29,955 nt of DNA, taken from positions 124,443 to 154,397 of the forward strand of contig JBBDYC010000003.1 of assembly GCA_040901985.1 (NCBI GenBank). The letters run 5' to 3'. The notes beneath the pieces are model-generated. The model was not told the origin of the DNA and searched no databases. It saw nothing but the letters and a program-made list of their open reading frames with translations. Positions within the stretch are counted from its first letter, which is position 1. Every line of letters starts with the position of its first letter. The DNA comes from Gemmatimonadaceae bacterium (GTDB taxonomy: Bacteria > Gemmatimonadota > Gemmatimonadetes > Gemmatimonadales > Gemmatimonadaceae). The position numbers and the translations under genes are program-made. Below are positions 28,516 to 29,955 of the stretch, piece by piece.

Positions 28516-29082
28516 ATGGCAGTTCCGGCCACCCAGATCCGTCGCGGGATGGTAATCGTCTTTGAGGGCGATCCCTGCCGCATCCTCGAGTTCCGCCACC
28601 ACACGCCCGGCAACCTGCGGGCGATGGTCCAGGCGAAGCTCAAGAATCTCCGTTCGGGGAACAACTTCGAGCACCGGTTCCGTGCCGACGATTCGGTCCA
28701 CAAGGCGGATATGGAGACGCACGAGCTGCAGTTCCTGTACAAGGGAGGCGACTCGTACCACTTCATGAACACGGAGAACTTCGAGCAGCTCGAAATGGAC
28801 GACGAGGCGCTCGGTGACTATGCCCCGTGGATGCAGGACAACATGATGGTGATTGCCGAGTTCTATAACGGGAAGCCGATGTCAATCCAGCTGCCGCAGT
28901 TCATGAATTTTGCGATCAAGGACACGGCGCCGGTGATGAAGACGGCGACGAAGACGGCGAGCGCCAAGCCGGCGCTCCTTGAGAACGGCGTGACGATCAA
29001 CGTGCCGGAATTCATTGCCGCCGGCGAGCGGGTGCGCGTGAATCCGAACACCGGCGAGTATATGGATCGGGCGAAGGACTGA
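28516..29082 (+). CDS. efp: Translation elongation factor P
   Basis: 188 aa with KLKNLRSG, QFLY, YHFMNTENFEQ, KPALLENG..I.VP.FI..GE.V.V...TGEY; loop HTPGNLRA. Confidence 0.96.
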   Translation: MAVPATQIRRGMVIVFEGDPCRILEFRHHTPGNLRAMVQAKLKNLRSGNNFEHRFRADDSVHKADMETHELQFLYKGGDSYHFMNTENFEQLEMDDEALGDYAPWMQDNMMVIAEFYNGKPMSIQLPQFMNFAIKDTAPVMKTATKTASAKPALLENGVTINVPEFIAAGERVRVNPNTGEYMDRAKD

Positions 29083-29116
29083 GCGGAGATCTGCTGCGCC
29101 TGGTACGCCCGTCCGG

Positions 29117-29145
29117 TTGATTCGCCCTCTGGGCGCCGTTACGTT
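29117..29145 (+). promoter_or_regulatory. Sigma70-type promoter of the tRNA cluster
   Basis: TTGATT-17 nt-TACGTT, about 30 nt upstream of tRNA-His. Confidence 0.65.
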
Positions 29146-29174
29146 TGAGGTCTCCCGGCGGTCGTCGGGATCCT

Positions 29175-29249
29175 GGTGGCTGTAGCTCAGTCGGTTAGAG
29201 CATCGGATTGTGGTTCCGAGGGTCGCGGGTTCGAATCCCGTCAGCCACC
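29175..29249 (+). tRNA. tRNA-His (GTG)
   Basis: Encoded G-1, acceptor GTGGCTG/CAGCCAC-C, anticodon arm TCGGA-TTGTGGT-TCCGA, T loop TTCGAAT. Confidence 0.97.
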
Positions 29250-29260
29250 CGTAGCACTAC

Positions 29261-29295
29261 AGGTGGGAGGTGTGAGGTGGGAGGTGGGAGGTGTG
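29261..29295 (+). repeat. Heptamer tandem repeat AGGTG(G/T)G x5
   Basis: AGGTGGG AGGTGTG AGGTGGG AGGTGGG AGGTGTG. Confidence 0.9.
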
Positions 29296-29320
29296 CGGGA
29301 CCGACGGGACGGCTCTTCCT

Positions 29321-29393
29321 AGGTCCGTAGCTCAATTGGTAGAGCACCGGTCTCCAAAACCGGCGGTTGGGGGTTCGATTCCCTCCGGGCCTG
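29321..29393 (+). tRNA. tRNA-Trp (CCA)
   Basis: Acceptor AGGTCCG/CGGGCCT-G, anticodon arm CCGGT-CTCCAAA-ACCGG. Confidence 0.97.
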
Positions 29394-29445
29394 TGTCTCA
29401 CAAGGGGAAATGCGAAAGTTGAAAGGCGAGAGGTTGCAGGGCGAC

Positions 29446-29518
29446 GGCGGTATCGTCTAGGGGACTAGGACACAGCCCTCTCAAGGCTGGAACACGGGTT
29501 CGAATCCCGTTACCGCTA
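29446..29518 (+). tRNA. tRNA-Glu (CTC)
   Basis: Acceptor GGCGGTA/TACCGCT-A, anticodon arm CAGCC-CTCTCAA-GGCTG. Confidence 0.95.
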
Positions 29519-29554
29519 CTGAACGACAGGTGAGAGGTGAGTGGTTGAAGGGTC

Positions 29555-29626
29555 GGCCCCATCGTCTATCGGTTAGGACGGCACCCTTTCAAGGTGCAGA
29601 GACGGGTTCGATTCCCGTTGGGGCTA
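29555..29626 (+). tRNA. tRNA-Glu (TTC)
   Basis: Acceptor GGCCCCA/TGGGGCT-A, anticodon arm GCACC-CTTTCAA-GGTGC. Confidence 0.96.
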
Positions 29627-29650
29627 CTTACTGCCCCTTGGGGTGAACAG

Positions 29651-29685
29651 CAGGTGGCTGGTGGCAGGTGGCAGGAAGCAGGTGG
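29651..29685 (+). repeat. Heptamer tandem repeat CAGGTGG x5 (degenerate)
   Basis: CAGGTGG CTGGTGG CAGGTGG CAGGAAG CAGGTGG. Confidence 0.85.
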
Positions 29686-29747
29686 AAAGACGCGAGGCAG
29701 GGCCAGTACGGTTCACCGTCACCAGCCTGTTGCACGGTCTGTAGGTT

Positions 29748-29822
29748 GGGGGCGTAGCTCAGTTTGGTTAGAGCACTCGACTGTCACTCGAGAGGTCGCG
29801 GGTTCGAGCCCCGTCGCTCCCG
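29748..29822 (+). tRNA. tRNA-Asp (GTC)
   Basis: Acceptor GGGGGCG/CGCTCCC-G, anticodon arm CTCGA-CTGTCAC-TCGAG. Confidence 0.97.
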
Positions 29823-29827
29823 TTGGA

Positions 29828-29891
29828 CTGCAGGGGAAAGGAGAAAGTGGACAGGGGCGCGCCCCTCTCCCCGTTCCACTTTTTCCTGTAG
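29828..29891. repeat. 30-bp imperfect inverted repeat built from heptamers
   Basis: The purine arm 29828-29857 pairs with the pyrimidine arm 29862-29891 around a CGCG loop (about 25 of 30 pairs including G-U). Confidence 0.8.
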
Positions 29892-29897
29892 CTGATT

Positions 29898-29955
29898 GCC
29901 CTGGTGGTGAAATTGGTAGACACGCCATCTTGAGGGGGTGGTGCCGTAAGGCGTC
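29898..29955 (+). tRNA. tRNA-Leu (GAG), 3'-truncated by the window end
   Basis: GCCCTGGTGGTGAAATTGGTAGACAC, anticodon arm CCATC-TTGAGGG-GGTGG, long variable arm. Confidence 0.93.

Overview
This is a very GC-rich bacterial chromosome segment. The gene repertoire (Ig/IPT-HExxH lipoproteins, EF-P loop type) suggests Gemmatimonadota, which is an inference. Left arm: a tightly coupled + strand run of a partial vWA/BatA-type membrane protein, mfd, two parvulin PPIases (PrsA/PpiD-like and SurA), pdxA, a Zn-type CDF exporter preceded by a 15-bp tandem repeat, pilT with a duplicated N-terminal domain, typA/bipA, a 69-aa hyperacidic ORF and a stand-alone tRNA-Ile(GAT). Middle: accessory envelope/metabolic genes (sterol desaturase-family, two HExxH lipoproteins, TonB, SAM methyltransferase, YfcC, ManC-like, class V PLP enzyme, HExGH membrane protein). 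Right arm: ybbP-ybbA/tesA, efp with an atypical PGNLR loop, and a tRNA cluster (His, Trp, Glu, Glu, Asp, Leu partial) whose spacers carry purine-rich heptamer repeats. I found no mobile element, CRISPR array or defence gene, and no complete novel multi-gene system is evident. The most unusual signals are near-total avoidance of RTCGAY, an array of GNRA-tetraloop hairpins upstream of the CDF core, the Asn-tipped EF-P, the hyperacidic peptide, and recurrent leaderless-type promoters. All motif counts and folds were read by eye.
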